The notes: generated by a model from the letters alone, not told the origin. 64,000 nt of DNA from an uncultured Clostridia bacterium (GCA_934149405.1 CAKPEV010000001.1:552-64551); one strand, 5' to 3'; counted from the stretch's first letter, positions 27,252 to 38,396 are shown. Numbers and translations are program-made.

Positions 27252-29948
27252 TTATTCTTCATCTTTTAACGTGTTTATTTTAAATGCTTTAAATAATTCA
27301 ACTATTGCTACTGGTGATATTATTAAAAGTGTTACTAATTCTATGTCGTTTAGTGGTAGTTGTGTTACTTCAAATATATTTTGCAAGAACGGTACATTTA
27401 AAACGATTATCATCAATAGCATTGATATTAGCGTTGCACCTATCAATGTTCTATTTGTTAATAGTCCAACTTTAAATATCGATTTTTTATTAGAACGCAA
27501 ATTGAACACATGAGTCAATTGTGACATCGCAAGCACTGCAAAAGCCATTGTTTGTGCTGTTTTGCCTACATTTGTTATTTCTCCATTTGCATCTACTAAT
27601 GCATCAAATTTGAAGCCACAGCCTATGCAAAATGCAAGAAGCGTTATCGCTCCAACCATTATACCTTGATATACTATTCTCCATATCATGCCTTTTGTGA
27701 ATATGTTTTTATTTTTCTTAGCTTTTCTCTCCATTATATCTTCTTCTGCTGGATCTACGCTAAGTGCAAGTGCTGGAAGGCTATCTGTTACCAAGTTTAT
27801 CCATAATATGTGTATTGGCATTAGTGGCTCAATTGCCCAGCCTAGCATTGTTCCTACAAATAATGTTATTATTTCGCCTATGTTTGATGATAACAAATAT
27901 GCTACTGCTTTTAATATGTTATCATATATTCTTCTTCCCTCTTCAACTGCTGATACTATTGTTGCAAAGTTATCATCTGTTAATACTACATCTGCAGCCT
28001 CTTTTGCCACATCTGTTCCGACAATTCCCATTGCGGCGCCTATATCTGCTGTTTTTAATGCTGGTGCATCATTTACACCATCGCCTGTCATTGCTACAAC
28101 CTCGCCATGTGATTGCCAAGCTTTCACTATTCTTACTTTATGTTCTGGTGATACTCTTGCATATACTGATATATCTTTTACATTCTTTGCAAGTTCTTCA
28201 TCTGACATTTTTTCTAGCTCGGCCCCTGTGACTGCTTTATCCCCATCATTTAATATTCCTATTTGTTTAGCAATTGCTACCGCTGTTATTTTGTGGTCTC
28301 CTGTTATCATTACAGGTCTTATGCCTGCTGTTTTACATTTATGAACGGCTTCTTTTACTTCTGGTCTTGCTGGGTCTATCATTCCAACCATTCCTATAAA
28401 TACTAGGTCATTTTCTAATGTTGCTATTTCATTTTTATTTGGAACATTATCTATTTTCTTATATGCCATTGCAAGTACTCTTAGAGCATTTGTTGCAAGT
28501 TCTTCGTTTACTCTTCTTATATAGTCTTTGTGTGCTTCTGTTATAGCCACTGGAGTTCCATCTAACAAAATTTTAGAACAACGCGCAAGCAGTTCATCTA
28601 CTCCACCTTTTGTATAAACCATTAAACTGTTTCCATTTTTGTTTACTGTTGTCATTAGCTTTCTTTCTGAATCAAATGGAATTTCTTCAACTCTTTTATT
28701 TGAATTTTCTATTTCTGTTTTTATGAAATTACTTTTTATTCCTAAGTCTACAAGTGCTGTTTCTGTAGGGTCTCCAGTAACTTTATATTCATTGCCATTT
28801 TGTGCCATTTTTGAATCATTACAAAGTATCATTGAATTTAATAATAATGCATAATGATCATCTACATTGTTATATTTTTCTTTTGCATCAAATGTTTCAT
28901 TGTTATAAAATATTTTTTCAACCGTCATTCTATTTTGAGTCAATGTTCCTGTTTTATCTGAACATATAACCGTCGCACTACCAAGTGTTTCAACTGATGG
29001 AAGTGTTCTTATAATAGCATTTCTTTTTACCATTCTTTGGACACCTATTGAAAGTACGATTGTAGATATCGCAGGTAATCCTTCTGGTATTGCTGCAACC
29101 GCAAGGCTTACCGCTGTCATAAACATTGATAGCAAGTCCTTTCCATGAACAAGCGAACCAACTGCAAAAATCACTAAACAAATTACAAGAGCAGCTATTC
29201 CTAATGTTTTACCTAAAGCTTCAAGCCTTCTCTTTAATGGTGTTTCGCTTTCATCCACAGAGTCTAACATCTTTGCTATTTTTCCCACTTCTGTATCCAT
29301 TCCAATTGCTGTAACTATTCCTTTTCCTCTTCCGTATGTTACCATACTGCTTGAAAATGCTAGGTTTGTCCTATCTCCAATCCCTACATCTTTCTTTTCT
29401 ATTGTGTACACAGATTTTTCAACTGGAACAGATTCACCAGTAAGTGCTGCCTCTTGTATTTTTAAATTAACAGCTTCTATTAGTCTTAAATCTGCCGGAA
29501 CATAGTCCCCTGTCTCTAATATTACTATATCTCCTGGTACAAGTTCTTTTGAACTGATTGTTTCTATTTTTCCTTCTCTTATTACTTTACATGTTGGAGC
29601 ACTAAGATTTTTTAATGCGTCTAATGATTTTTGTGCCTTTAGCTCTTGTATCACGCCAATTACAGCATTTAAAACAACTATTATTAAGATTATTACTGAA
29701 TCAGTAAATTCTTTACTAACTAATCCAGAAACAAGTGCTGCAAGAAGCAAAACAATTATCATAAAATCTTTAAATTGCTCTATTATCATTTTCATAACAC
29801 TTTTTTTCTTTTTTGATGTTATTTCATTACTCCCATAATAGCCATGAAGCTTAGAAATTGCTACTGAATCTAAACCACTTTCTATATTTGTGCCAAGCTC
29901 TTTTGCCACTTCTTCAAAAGACATTGAATACCAGTTTTTTTGATCCAT
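27252..29948 (-). CDS. Calcium-translocating P-type ATPase (type IIA/IIB). The likely start is MDQKNWY, after an AAAGGAGGG RBS.
   Basis: CSDKTGTLTQNRM phosphorylation site, TGDGVNDAPAL, about 10 TM helices. 899 aa from the proposed start. Confidence 0.9.
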   Translation of the reverse strand: MDQKNWYSMSFEEVAKELGTNIESGLDSVAISKLHGYYGSNEITSKKKKSVMKMIIEQFKDFMIIVLLLAALVSGLVSKEFTDSVIILIIVVLNAVIGVIQELKAQKSLDALKNLSAPTCKVIREGKIETISSKELVPGDIVILETGDYVPADLRLIEAVNLKIQEAALTGESVPVEKSVYTIEKKDVGIGDRTNLAFSSSMVTYGRGKGIVTAIGMDTEVGKIAKMLDSVDESETPLKRRLEALGKTLGIAALVICLVIFAVGSLVHGKDLLSMFMTAVSLAVAAIPEGLPAISTIVLSIGVQRMVKRNAIIRTLPSVETLGSATVICSDKTGTLTQNRMTVEKIFYNNETFDAKEKYNNVDDHYALLLNSMILCNDSKMAQNGNEYKVTGDPTETALVDLGIKSNFIKTEIENSNKRVEEIPFDSERKLMTTVNKNGNSLMVYTKGGVDELLARCSKILLDGTPVAITEAHKDYIRRVNEELATNALRVLAMAYKKIDNVPNKNEIATLENDLVFIGMVGMIDPARPEVKEAVHKCKTAGIRPVMITGDHKITAVAIAKQIGILNDGDKAVTGAELEKMSDEELAKNVKDISVYARVSPEHKVRIVKAWQSHGEVVAMTGDGVNDAPALKTADIGAAMGIVGTDVAKEAADVVLTDDNFATIVSAVEEGRRIYDNILKAVAYLLSSNIGEIITLFVGTMLGWAIEPLMPIHILWINLVTDSLPALALSVDPAEEDIMERKAKKNKNIFTKGMIWRIVYQGIMVGAITLLAFCIGCGFKFDALVDANGEITNVGKTAQTMAFAVLAMSQLTHVFNLRSNKKSIFKVGLLTNRTLIGATLISMLLMIIVLNVPFLQNIFEVTQLPLNDIELVTLLIISPVAIVELFKAFKINTLKDEE

Positions 29949-30109
29949 TAAAGACCCTCCTTTAAAGATAATATACGTATAAATTATATTAAATATGATT
30001 GTTTTAGTCAATTGCTTCACTAAATTTTAAAAATTATTGAATTTTTTTTAATTTAGTGTTAAAATAATTAATTGTATACATTTTATGTTATTAAAGGAGT
30101 TTATTTTCT

Positions 30110-31051
30110 ATGAATTCTCAGCCCACCTATGACATTACTGCACACGAACCATCAGATGAAATTCTAAGAAAGATTGAATCAAAAAATGTACCATTCTCCA
30201 TGCCAGCTAAACTGGTTGGAACTTCTCTTGCTTTATATTATAGAGAAGCCAAATCTCATCCTCTTCTTTCGCATGAAGAATGTATAGAATTATTTAAACG
30301 CAAAGAAAATGGTGACGAAAAAGCTCGAGATATTATCGCATCTTCTAATCTTTTTCTGGTAATAAAATTTGCCCACAGATATTCAATTAAATATAGTAGC
30401 ATATCAGAAGAAGATTTGATTCAAGAAGGTAATATCGGGTTACTCATTGCGATTGATAAATTTGACTATAAAAAAGGGTACCATTTTTCCACCTATGCTA
30501 GCTATTGGATTATGCAGACAATAGTAAGAGCAATTGCTGATAAAAGCAGAGTAATTCGTCTTCCGTCATATGTGCACGAGAATATTCACAAGGTTCTTCG
30601 AGCAGAAACAATCTTTCTTCAAGAAAATGCCAGACAACCATCGTTAAGCGAACTTGCTGAAATTACCGGCTTATCACAAGAACAAATTATTAAGCTAAAA
30701 ACTTCTTACGCTGATGTCGTCTCATTGTCAACACTCATTAATGACGAGGAGGATTCTGAGTTGGAAGATTTTATTCCAAATTCTGAGATATCTGATCTTC
30801 AAGATGAGTACGAGCATAGAAACCTAAATGCACCTCTTTGTGAAGCAATTTCAGCAACTCTCAGTGAACGCTCGGCATTTATAATAAAGAAAAGATTTGG
30901 ACTTATTGATGGTATTCCTAGCACTCTAGAAGAAATTGGACAAGAACTTGGCCTATCTCGCGAAAGAGTTCGGCAAATTCTAGAAAAAGGGCTTAGCAAA
31001 TTAAGAAAAAACAAAGAGTTTTGTAAATTATTTAAAGCATATGCCGAATAA
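30110..31051 (+). CDS. Sigma-70 family RNA polymerase sigma factor (primary-like, regions 1.2-4, no region 1.1)
   Basis: DLIQEGNIGLLIAIDKFDYKKGYHFSTYASYWIMQTIVRAIADKSRVIRLP (region 2) and a C-terminal region 4 HTH (LEEIGQELGLSRERVRQI). Confidence 0.8.
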   Translation: MNSQPTYDITAHEPSDEILRKIESKNVPFSMPAKLVGTSLALYYREAKSHPLLSHEECIELFKRKENGDEKARDIIASSNLFLVIKFAHRYSIKYSSISEEDLIQEGNIGLLIAIDKFDYKKGYHFSTYASYWIMQTIVRAIADKSRVIRLPSYVHENIHKVLRAETIFLQENARQPSLSELAEITGLSQEQIIKLKTSYADVVSLSTLINDEEDSELEDFIPNSEISDLQDEYEHRNLNAPLCEAISATLSERSAFIIKKRFGLIDGIPSTLEEIGQELGLSRERVRQILEKGLSKLRKNKEFCKLFKAYAE

Positions 31052-31082
31052 TAATATGTAAATGAAAGCAAAAAGAGCAAAT

Positions 31083-31794
31083 TTATTTTTGCTCTTTTTG
31101 CTTTCTATCTTCTAATTCACTAAGTACAAGGTTATATCCCTCTTCTTCATTTTCATAGCTTATTTCCTTCGTCTTTATTTTATTTTGCTTACATATCGTA
31201 TCTACTAACACTTTTAATAGCTCTGGATTTCTAACTAAAATAGGACCAGAAACATGAGTACCATATAAATTCTTATATTTTACGCCTTCATAATCATTGT
31301 TTTCATTCTCGCCTATTCCAAATTCAACTTCGAAAAATGGATTCATATTATGATACATTTTTGTCATTTTATTTACAAAGCCTACAACCGGCTTACTTAA
31401 AAACTTCGACTTGTATATTATGTCCGATGTCTCCCTATCTTTATCTCTAGTTGTTTCAAAATCAAATATTCCAAGGCATTCTTCATTGTCTATTTTCTTA
31501 CCAAGCATTTCAAAACTATTTCCTGTCATCAAAATTACCTTTTCACTATCTATGTATTTTTTTAATTCTTCTTTTCTTTTTTGCAAATCTTCTAAAACGA
31601 CATCTAAATTTTTCTCTGTGCCACTTCCTATAAATATAAAATTATATTCATTAAAATCGACTTCTTCATCAATTGTTTTTTTATCTAAAATAACCTCTAA
31701 GCCTTGATCTTCTAAATGTTTCTTTAGTATACTAACATTTCCGATAATCTCCATATAAATTCATTATATCGTAGTATAGATGCAATATTTTCAT
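31083..31794 (-). CDS. gatD: Lipid II isoglutaminyl synthase glutaminase subunit GatD. It has an apparent 1-nt insertion near 31745 separating the true N-terminus (MKILHLYYDIMNLYGD) from the body.
   Basis: Glutamine amidotransferase-like body. Upstream GGAGG-ATG at 31794 encodes MKILHLYYDIMNLYGDYRKC* in the other frame. Deleting one T in GATTATCGG restores LYGDIGNVSIL. Confidence 0.65.
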
Positions 31795-31798
31795 AGTC

Positions 31799-33113
31799 TT
31801 ACCTCCTATTTAAAAACTTCATTCTGTCTGAAAAACATGTTATAACATATATCTTTCCTATCGAATTCTCTTTTGTTTCTTTCATTAGTTCATCTAAGTC
31901 ACTCTTTGCAACAACTTTGTCCATGTTAATTCCTGCGAACTCCATTCTCGTAACCAAGTCATGCACATATTTTCCACCTAAAATAACTTTTTTCACATTC
32001 TCACTTTTTAAAAGTTCGAAGTCTATATCCCAAAGCCATGAAGTCTCGCTTGTAAAATATTTTCTACTTACAGCATCAACAATTATAACCACAGTGCAAT
32101 CTTCTTTTTCTCTTGTCACATATAAAAGAGATTGGTTATACGATATTGAATTTTCATGCTTTGATGTAAGTAACATTGCATCATGCCCATTTAATTCAAA
32201 CTTTTGTATTCTATCATTTTTTATAACATAGTTATTCAAAGATTCAACTATTTTATCATCTTTTATTCCAACTAATCTACATACCGCAAATGTTGCAAGA
32301 AGATTATATGCATTATATATGCTTCTTAAATTCATTTGAAGTTTATATTTTCTGTTTATTGTCATCTCGCCAACATCAAAATTGAAATCTGTTACTGCAT
32401 AATCTGGTTCTTTTCTAGCATGTCCACAATTTTCACATTTGTATGAACCTATGTGGTTGTAGTGATAATAATCATATTTTAATGGCTTTTTGCAGTTAGG
32501 ACAGTACTTTCCATCATCATATGCACTATCGTTTACTTTCTTTGAAAACTTATTTTCATTCATTCCAAAGTATGTAACATTATTCTTTTTGTATCCATAT
32601 AGAGAAGAAAGAGGATCATCTGTGTTTAAAATCAAATGTATGTCATCTGTTATCGCTTCTTTTATGATATCATAAATAAGCTCAGGATGGCCATTTCGCG
32701 TCATTTGGTCTCTGTATAGGTTAGTTACAACTAAATATTTAGGTCTAAAAAACTTTAAAGTATGTCTTAAATATCTTTCATCACTTTCTATTAAAAGTAC
32801 ATCTTTTTTTACTTCTCCATGTAAATTGCAATTATTTAAAATCATTGTTGTAACGCCCTCGGTTTGGTTTGAACCTTCTAAATTACAAGCAACCGTCTTC
32901 CCATTTTCGGTTAATACGCTATTTATCATTTCAACCGTTGATGTCTTCCCATTGCTACCTGTTACAACTATTATATCATCTGGAAGCTTTATCTTCTTTA
33001 ATATGTTTCTATCTAACTTAAGTGCAATTTTTCCGTGGCATGCTACTTCCCTTGCCTACTAGCTTTCCTAGCCAGTATATAAATTTATTTAATAAAATAA
33101 TAAATGTTTTCAT
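31799..33113 (-). CDS. murT: Lipid II isoglutaminyl synthase ligase subunit MurT (Mur-ligase family plus DUF1727), with an apparent 1-nt insertion at about 33035
   Basis: AAGGAGAG-ATG at 33113 encodes MKTFIILLNKFIYWLGKLVGKGSS. After a shift it continues ..GKIALKLD...VVTGSNGKTST (P-loop). Cys-rich CPNCKK...CENCGH. Confidence 0.7.
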
Positions 33114-33128
33114 ATCTCTCTCCTTAAT

Positions 33129-34760
33129 TTACAAACCTGCCGGACCATTGTACATGATTTCTGCATAAGTTGTTGTATACAATTTTATATTATCTACTCC
33201 GTATTCATTTTCTTTAAAGTGCACAATAACAACGCATTCAAGATATCCTTTATCTTTTTCTATATCATATTTTATGCTTTCAACTTCTAGTTCACAATTT
33301 ATTGTAGGATAAGTTTCTGCTAATTTTGCTTTAATTACATTATTTAAAAACTCTCTATATTCTTCGTTTTCATTATAATATTTTTCTATATCTATCTTTT
33401 CTAATGTTTTTAAATCATACCATTCAACTGGTTCAGAAACTATTTTTGCAGGATTATTATAATCATAATAATAATCTCCTGCACTATCATAAAACGAAAC
33501 ATTAGGATATCTATATTGCTCTTTGATTTGTTTCATATTAACTTCTTTTGATTCTTGATTTTCTGCTAATTTTATATCTAACTGTGTATTTATAAAATAT
33601 GTGTTTTCTGCATTATTTTCAAAATCTAATATACTTACTAATGGTCTTATTATTGCAACATAGAATTTATCTGGATTTTTGCTTGCTAATTCTTTGTATT
33701 CTTCTAATTTTTTATATGATTTTTTCTTTAATAATTCACACATTTTTTCGTTTACACCTGCTGCATTTATCCTATTCCATATCACAGTATCACTTTCTTT
33801 TATCGCCACATCATAAAACAAATTATCTCCAAGCATTTTATAGTCTTGGTATTTTACAACATTTGAACAAGAAAATGCACATGTAAATAGATTTTTTAAT
33901 CCTATGTCATCCCTCTCGTATAGACTTTCATCTGTCAAGTATTTATCATAAATCACAATATTATCAGCTATATCAGTAAAGTTGACAAAATAGTTATATG
34001 TTTTTAAGTAAACTCCTTGTGATGAAAAGAAAAAATCTTTTCTTGATGAATTTATAAAGTTTGCTATATTTTGGGCAACTTCATCTTCATCTATAACAAA
34101 TTCAACTTTCTTTTTTTCAGAACTCTCTGTGCTAGTATTCCATTCATATCGATAGATATACCAAGTATTAGTTGTTGGATCATATTTAGGTTCTTCTATA
34201 TCCTCATTCCTTACAGCAGAACCTGCTGCAGCTCTATAAAAAGCCTTTCTAACTACTGTATAGATATCTGTATTTTTGCTTAATAAATCGTCTAATTTTA
34301 ACTCTTCGCCATTTATCAATTCATAATTAAGGTAGATTTCTTTCCAATCATCTTTCAATCCGCAAGTGCAGATTATTGAAAGAACATTTGAGAAATTTGC
34401 ATTTGTATAAAATGACATATATTCAATATCTGAATATTCTTTTAGAGAACTATAAATCTTTTCTCTTATGCTATTGTTTACTTTTGTTTCAATAGCTTTA
34501 TTCTTTAGTCCACTTATCTGTGGGATTTGTATCTCAACACTATTAAAAATCTCTGCATTCTCACTTATGATAATGTCATTTTCATTATATGTTCCATTTA
34601 AGTCTAGAGTCTTTTCTTGTTCTTCTTTATTTCCATTACTTTTATTTTCTTGATTATTGTCTTTTGCTAGAATTTCTTCATTATGCTTATATATTAATAC
34701 ACCTGTTGCAGCAAAACACACAATACCAAAAGCTATTAGACCAAATATTATTTTCTTCAT
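33129..34760 (-). CDS. Membrane-anchored extracytoplasmic protein of unknown function (543 aa)
   Basis: N-terminal TM anchor, large hydrophilic Asn/Tyr-rich domain. No confident family assignment. Confidence 0.45.
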   Translation of the reverse strand: MKKIIFGLIAFGIVCFAATGVLIYKHNEEILAKDNNQENKSNGNKEEQEKTLDLNGTYNENDIIISENAEIFNSVEIQIPQISGLKNKAIETKVNNSIREKIYSSLKEYSDIEYMSFYTNANFSNVLSIICTCGLKDDWKEIYLNYELINGEELKLDDLLSKNTDIYTVVRKAFYRAAAGSAVRNEDIEEPKYDPTTNTWYIYRYEWNTSTESSEKKKVEFVIDEDEVAQNIANFINSSRKDFFFSSQGVYLKTYNYFVNFTDIADNIVIYDKYLTDESLYERDDIGLKNLFTCAFSCSNVVKYQDYKMLGDNLFYDVAIKESDTVIWNRINAAGVNEKMCELLKKKSYKKLEEYKELASKNPDKFYVAIIRPLVSILDFENNAENTYFINTQLDIKLAENQESKEVNMKQIKEQYRYPNVSFYDSAGDYYYDYNNPAKIVSEPVEWYDLKTLEKIDIEKYYNENEEYREFLNNVIKAKLAETYPTINCELEVESIKYDIEKDKGYLECVVIVHFKENEYGVDNIKLYTTTYAEIMYNGPAGL

Positions 34761-34788
34761 ATCATCTCTCCAATTTATTATATATTGA

Positions 34789-35787
34789 TTAATTTACAGC
34801 AACATAACCATTATCTTCTATTATTTTTGTTCCTCTTTCAGATAATACTGTATCTACCCATTTTAGTACATTTGAGTCTTCTTGCTCATCAGCTCTATAT
34901 ACTATAAAACCATTTGTGTATATTGGATATGTTCCATTTTTTATTGTTTCTATTGTTGGCTTTACTCCATTTATTGCAAGCATTTTAACAGTATCTTTTT
35001 TATACATTGTATTTACATAGTAAAAATATGAATATCCAATTGCATTTTTCGCATTATCATATTCTGCAATTGCATCTATTAATCCGCCCATCTCTGCTTC
35101 AATTTTCATTTTTGGTGCAGTCATTAAATTTTCATCTTTCATTACAAGTGAAATCATTGCTGTTTGGCTTCCGCTTCCATTTGGTCTTTGATAAGGAATT
35201 ATTTCTTCATCATTTCCGCCAACTTCTTTCCAATTGGTTATTTCACCTTTATATATCTTTTGAACTTGTTCTAAAGTTAAATTGTCTACTGGATTTTCAG
35301 TATTTACGATAAATACGAAAGCGCTACTTGTTGTTGGAATTATTTTCAATTCTACATTTTGAGATTTCGCATATTCTAAATCTTCTTTTGCAGCTTCAGC
35401 AGCAAATATTACATCAACTTTTTTGTCTATTAAGTTTTTATATACTGTACTTGAACGAGTCTTTGTGTATTCAAAATTCAACTCTGTTTTTGGAATGCCC
35501 AAAAAATTCGAAGCTATACTGTTTACTAGTGGGTGAATTGCAAGTGAAGCATCTACTTTTGGATAATTTTCTAATGTAAATATAGGTGTTTTATCTTGCT
35601 CTTTTTCAGTATCTTTATCTATAACTTCTGGATTGTCTACTATTGTTTGCTCACCACTTTTATCGCCAGATATTTTGCTAGGTTCTTCTACATTTGGTTT
35701 TGTGGCTGATTTATACCATACCATACACCCAAAAACAATACCACATGCACAAATAATCGTAACTAAACATATTAAAAATTTTTTCAT
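34789..35787 (-). CDS. PstS-like (PBP superfamily) substrate-binding lipoprotein, with no cognate permease genes adjacent
   Basis: Lipoprotein-type N-terminus. The periplasmic-binding-protein-like segment RPNGSGSQTAM resembles phosphate-binding-family proteins. Confidence 0.45.
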   Translation of the reverse strand: MKKFLICLVTIICACGIVFGCMVWYKSATKPNVEEPSKISGDKSGEQTIVDNPEVIDKDTEKEQDKTPIFTLENYPKVDASLAIHPLVNSIASNFLGIPKTELNFEYTKTRSSTVYKNLIDKKVDVIFAAEAAKEDLEYAKSQNVELKIIPTTSSAFVFIVNTENPVDNLTLEQVQKIYKGEITNWKEVGGNDEEIIPYQRPNGSGSQTAMISLVMKDENLMTAPKMKIEAEMGGLIDAIAEYDNAKNAIGYSYFYYVNTMYKKDTVKMLAINGVKPTIETIKNGTYPIYTNGFIVYRADEQEDSNVLKWVDTVLSERGTKIIEDNGYVAVN

Positions 35788-36069
35788 TTTTATTCCCCCT
35801 TGTATTCATTTGCTGTGTTCAAGTCCTTTTATAACACGCTTAAAACTAAGCCACTTTTGCCGTAATGCATTTTATTTTTTCATAAATTAGTTTAAAATGC
35901 CTATCCATTTTTACGTGACTCAATTTAAATTTAATCTATTTTTTATAATGTTTTTTCTTTTTTATAAGTTAATACAACCCTATTCGTATTAATTCATAAC
36001 ACATACAGTATATACTAAATATATAAAAATTGGAATTAAAATTGTTATATCTTTTATTAGAATATTTTG

Positions 36070-36112
36070 AATATAACATAAAAGGAGCTTTGAATTTCAT
36101 CAAAGCTCCCTT
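36070..36112 (-). terminator. Terminator GGAGCTTTG-loop-CAAAGCTCC plus U-tract, after the metallophosphoesterase gene
   Basis: 9-bp perfect stem followed on the minus strand by TTTTATGTT. Confidence 0.6.
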
Positions 36113-36115
36113 ATT

Positions 36116-37039
36116 TTAATACCTAATTATATTCTTTTCCTTTGTTACTTCTCCTCTCACGAAAATTCCGGATTCGTAAGGATTTTCTGTTACTATTAAT
36201 GAACCAGGTTGTATCACATAAACGTTACATTTTGAACTAAATAGTTCCATAGTAAGATGAATATGACCACACTCTAAGAAACGTATTGGTGCAGTTTCAA
36301 AGTCATTCACCTTAACCATTAATCCACCATGCCGTTCAAATTCATAAAGGCGTTCCATAGAATTACAAACCGTCTTTCTTTCGTAGTAACTTTCTAGGTG
36401 CATAACACGCTTAACCACACCAGCAACTAAAAAATCCACTATGTATGTATCATACGAGTTGAAGTTAATTCCTTCACATTGTAGCTTTTCTTCAAGTTGC
36501 TTAAGTGGGTTCATTATCCCAAGCTGTTCGTAACCATATTCATGATTGCCATTTATTGCGTAGTAGTTGAGATTGTACTCTCGAAGAATCTTAAAAATCG
36601 TATAAAGCTGGCTCTTGAAACACTTTTCAACCTGCTTTTGCTTCTTTAAGTTCATAATCCTAAAGTCGTACTGTGTAACATCGTACACCGCCTCAAAAAT
36701 GTCCCCCGCAATAAACACTTGCCTAACTTCACGTTCAACCGCTCTTTGCAATATTTCATGCAACTTGTCCGGATTAAAATCATTGTTTCCAACATGGAAA
36801 TCAGAAACATCTAGGAAATTAAACGTGTTATCTTGGTCTCTTGAATATAGCTGAACTAACGGTATTCCTTTCTTTTTTAATTTGAATTTCTTATGAACCT
36901 CTTCTTTTCTTTCTTGAACTAAAAACCCACACCGGCTGGCAATACTCTTAAATAATTCATAATCAATTCCTAGTTCGTCCGAATTCGTAGTTAGCACTTG
37001 GCAATTCGCTTTCTCCATAAGTTTTAAAGCATTGACCAC
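36116..37039 (-). CDS. Calcineurin-like metallophosphoesterase
   Basis: GDIFE...GNHEYG...GHIH metal-ligand motifs. GC content (about 38-40%) above the local background. Confidence 0.65.
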   Translation of the reverse strand: MVNALKLMEKANCQVLTTNSDELGIDYELFKSIASRCGFLVQERKEEVHKKFKLKKKGIPLVQLYSRDQDNTFNFLDVSDFHVGNNDFNPDKLHEILQRAVEREVRQVFIAGDIFEAVYDVTQYDFRIMNLKKQKQVEKCFKSQLYTIFKILREYNLNYYAINGNHEYGYEQLGIMNPLKQLEEKLQCEGINFNSYDTYIVDFLVAGVVKRVMHLESYYERKTVCNSMERLYEFERHGGLMVKVNDFETAPIRFLECGHIHLTMELFSSKCNVYVIQPGSLIVTENPYESGIFVRGEVTKEKNIIRY

Positions 37040-37269
37040 TGAAATTATCCTCCGTGATATTATAGATTTATTAGTTACTTGCTAGTTCACATTATATAAC
37101 CCAATTTATATATTCGTCAACAAAAAAATGTAGGTAATATATGGATGTAAGCTAGACATTCTAGGCTTTCTGCAATTATTACCATACGCAATAACTAATA
37201 GAACAATTATATCTCAATGCATAATACTCCCAAAGTATAACTTTACTTTGGGAGTACTCTTAAATTAAT

Positions 37270-37304
37270 AAAAAAGCCGCTTATTATTAAAAATAAGCGG
37301 TTTC
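37270..37304 (-). terminator. rplS terminator GCCGCTTAT-loop-ATAAGCGG(T) plus U-run
   Basis: Stem-loop directly after the rplS stop. On the minus strand it is followed by TTTTTTATT. Confidence 0.6.
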
Positions 37305-37314
37305 AATAGCACAA

Positions 37315-37686
37315 CTATGCGTTTTCTTCTGTTGCATTTTTTGTTGCGATATCTTCTTTAACTTTTGTTGCTTTACCAACTCTGTCTCTTAGGTAATAAA
37401 GTTTAGCTCTTCTTACTTTACCATGTCTAACGATTTCAACTTTTTCTACCTTTGGTGAGTTTACTAAGAAAGTTCTTTCAACTCCTGTACCGTAAGCAAT
37501 TCTTCTAACTGTGAATGTTTCGTTTGAACCACCACGTTGTCTTTTAATAATTGTTCCTTCGAATACTTGGATTCTTTCTCTGTTTCCTTCCTTAATTTTA
37601 ACATGTACTTTAACTGTATCACCAACATTTAATTCAAGCTTGTTAGCTCTTAATTGTTCGTTTTCAATAGCTTTTATTTTATCCAT
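37315..37686 (-). CDS. rplS: 50S ribosomal protein L19
   Basis: Canonical L19 sequence. Confidence 0.95.
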   Translation of the reverse strand: MDKIKAIENEQLRANKLELNVGDTVKVHVKIKEGNRERIQVFEGTIIKRQRGGSNETFTVRRIAYGTGVERTFLVNSPKVEKVEIVRHGKVRRAKLYYLRDRVGKATKVKEDIATKNATEENA

Positions 37687-37721
37687 TTTTTTCTCCTTTC
37701 TACTATGGCTTTATGTCATAG

Positions 37722-38396
37722 CTATTTTATTAAATCAGGACGGTTTGCCCTCGTTATCTCCTCCGATTGCTCGCGTCTCCATTTTTCAATATTTGCATGA
37801 TGCCCAGAAAGTAAAACCTCTGGTACTCTTCTGCCCATAAATTCTTCTGGTCTTGTGTATTGTGGGTATTCTAATAATCCATCGTTAAAAGATTCATCTT
37901 TTATTGATTCATTATTTAATACACCTTCTATATTTCTGCTTATTGCATCTATAACTACCATTGAAGGAAGCTCGCCTCCTGTTAAGACATAGTCACCAAT
38001 CGATAATTCTTCTGCTCCAATCTCATCAAGAACTCTTTGATCAACACCTTCATAATGACCACAAAGTAAAATCAAATGATTTTCTTTTGATAAGTCTTTA
38101 GCAATGCTTTGATTAAAAACTCTTCCTCTTGGAGAAAGATATATAACCTTTGGTTTATATTCTAAGTCTTTTGTTATAGAAACATATGCATCATATATTG
38201 GTTCTGGCTTTAAAACCATACCTGCACCGCCACCATAAGGGCAATCATCAACATGCCTTTGTTTGTCTTTTGAAAATTCTCTAAAGTTTATTAAATTCAA
38301 TTCAATTAACCCATTTTGCATTGCTCTTCCAATTATGCTTTGCTTTACTGGCTCAAACATTTCTGGAAAAAGAGTTAATACATCAAATTTCATCAT
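37722..38396 (-). CDS. trmD: tRNA (guanine37-N1)-methyltransferase TrmD
   Basis: SPOUT-fold motifs and conserved rimM-trmD-rplS order. Confidence 0.9.
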   Translation of the reverse strand: MMKFDVLTLFPEMFEPVKQSIIGRAMQNGLIELNLINFREFSKDKQRHVDDCPYGGGAGMVLKPEPIYDAYVSITKDLEYKPKVIYLSPRGRVFNQSIAKDLSKENHLILLCGHYEGVDQRVLDEIGAEELSIGDYVLTGGELPSMVVIDAISRNIEGVLNNESIKDESFNDGLLEYPQYTRPEEFMGRRVPEVLLSGHHANIEKWRREQSEEITRANRPDLIK

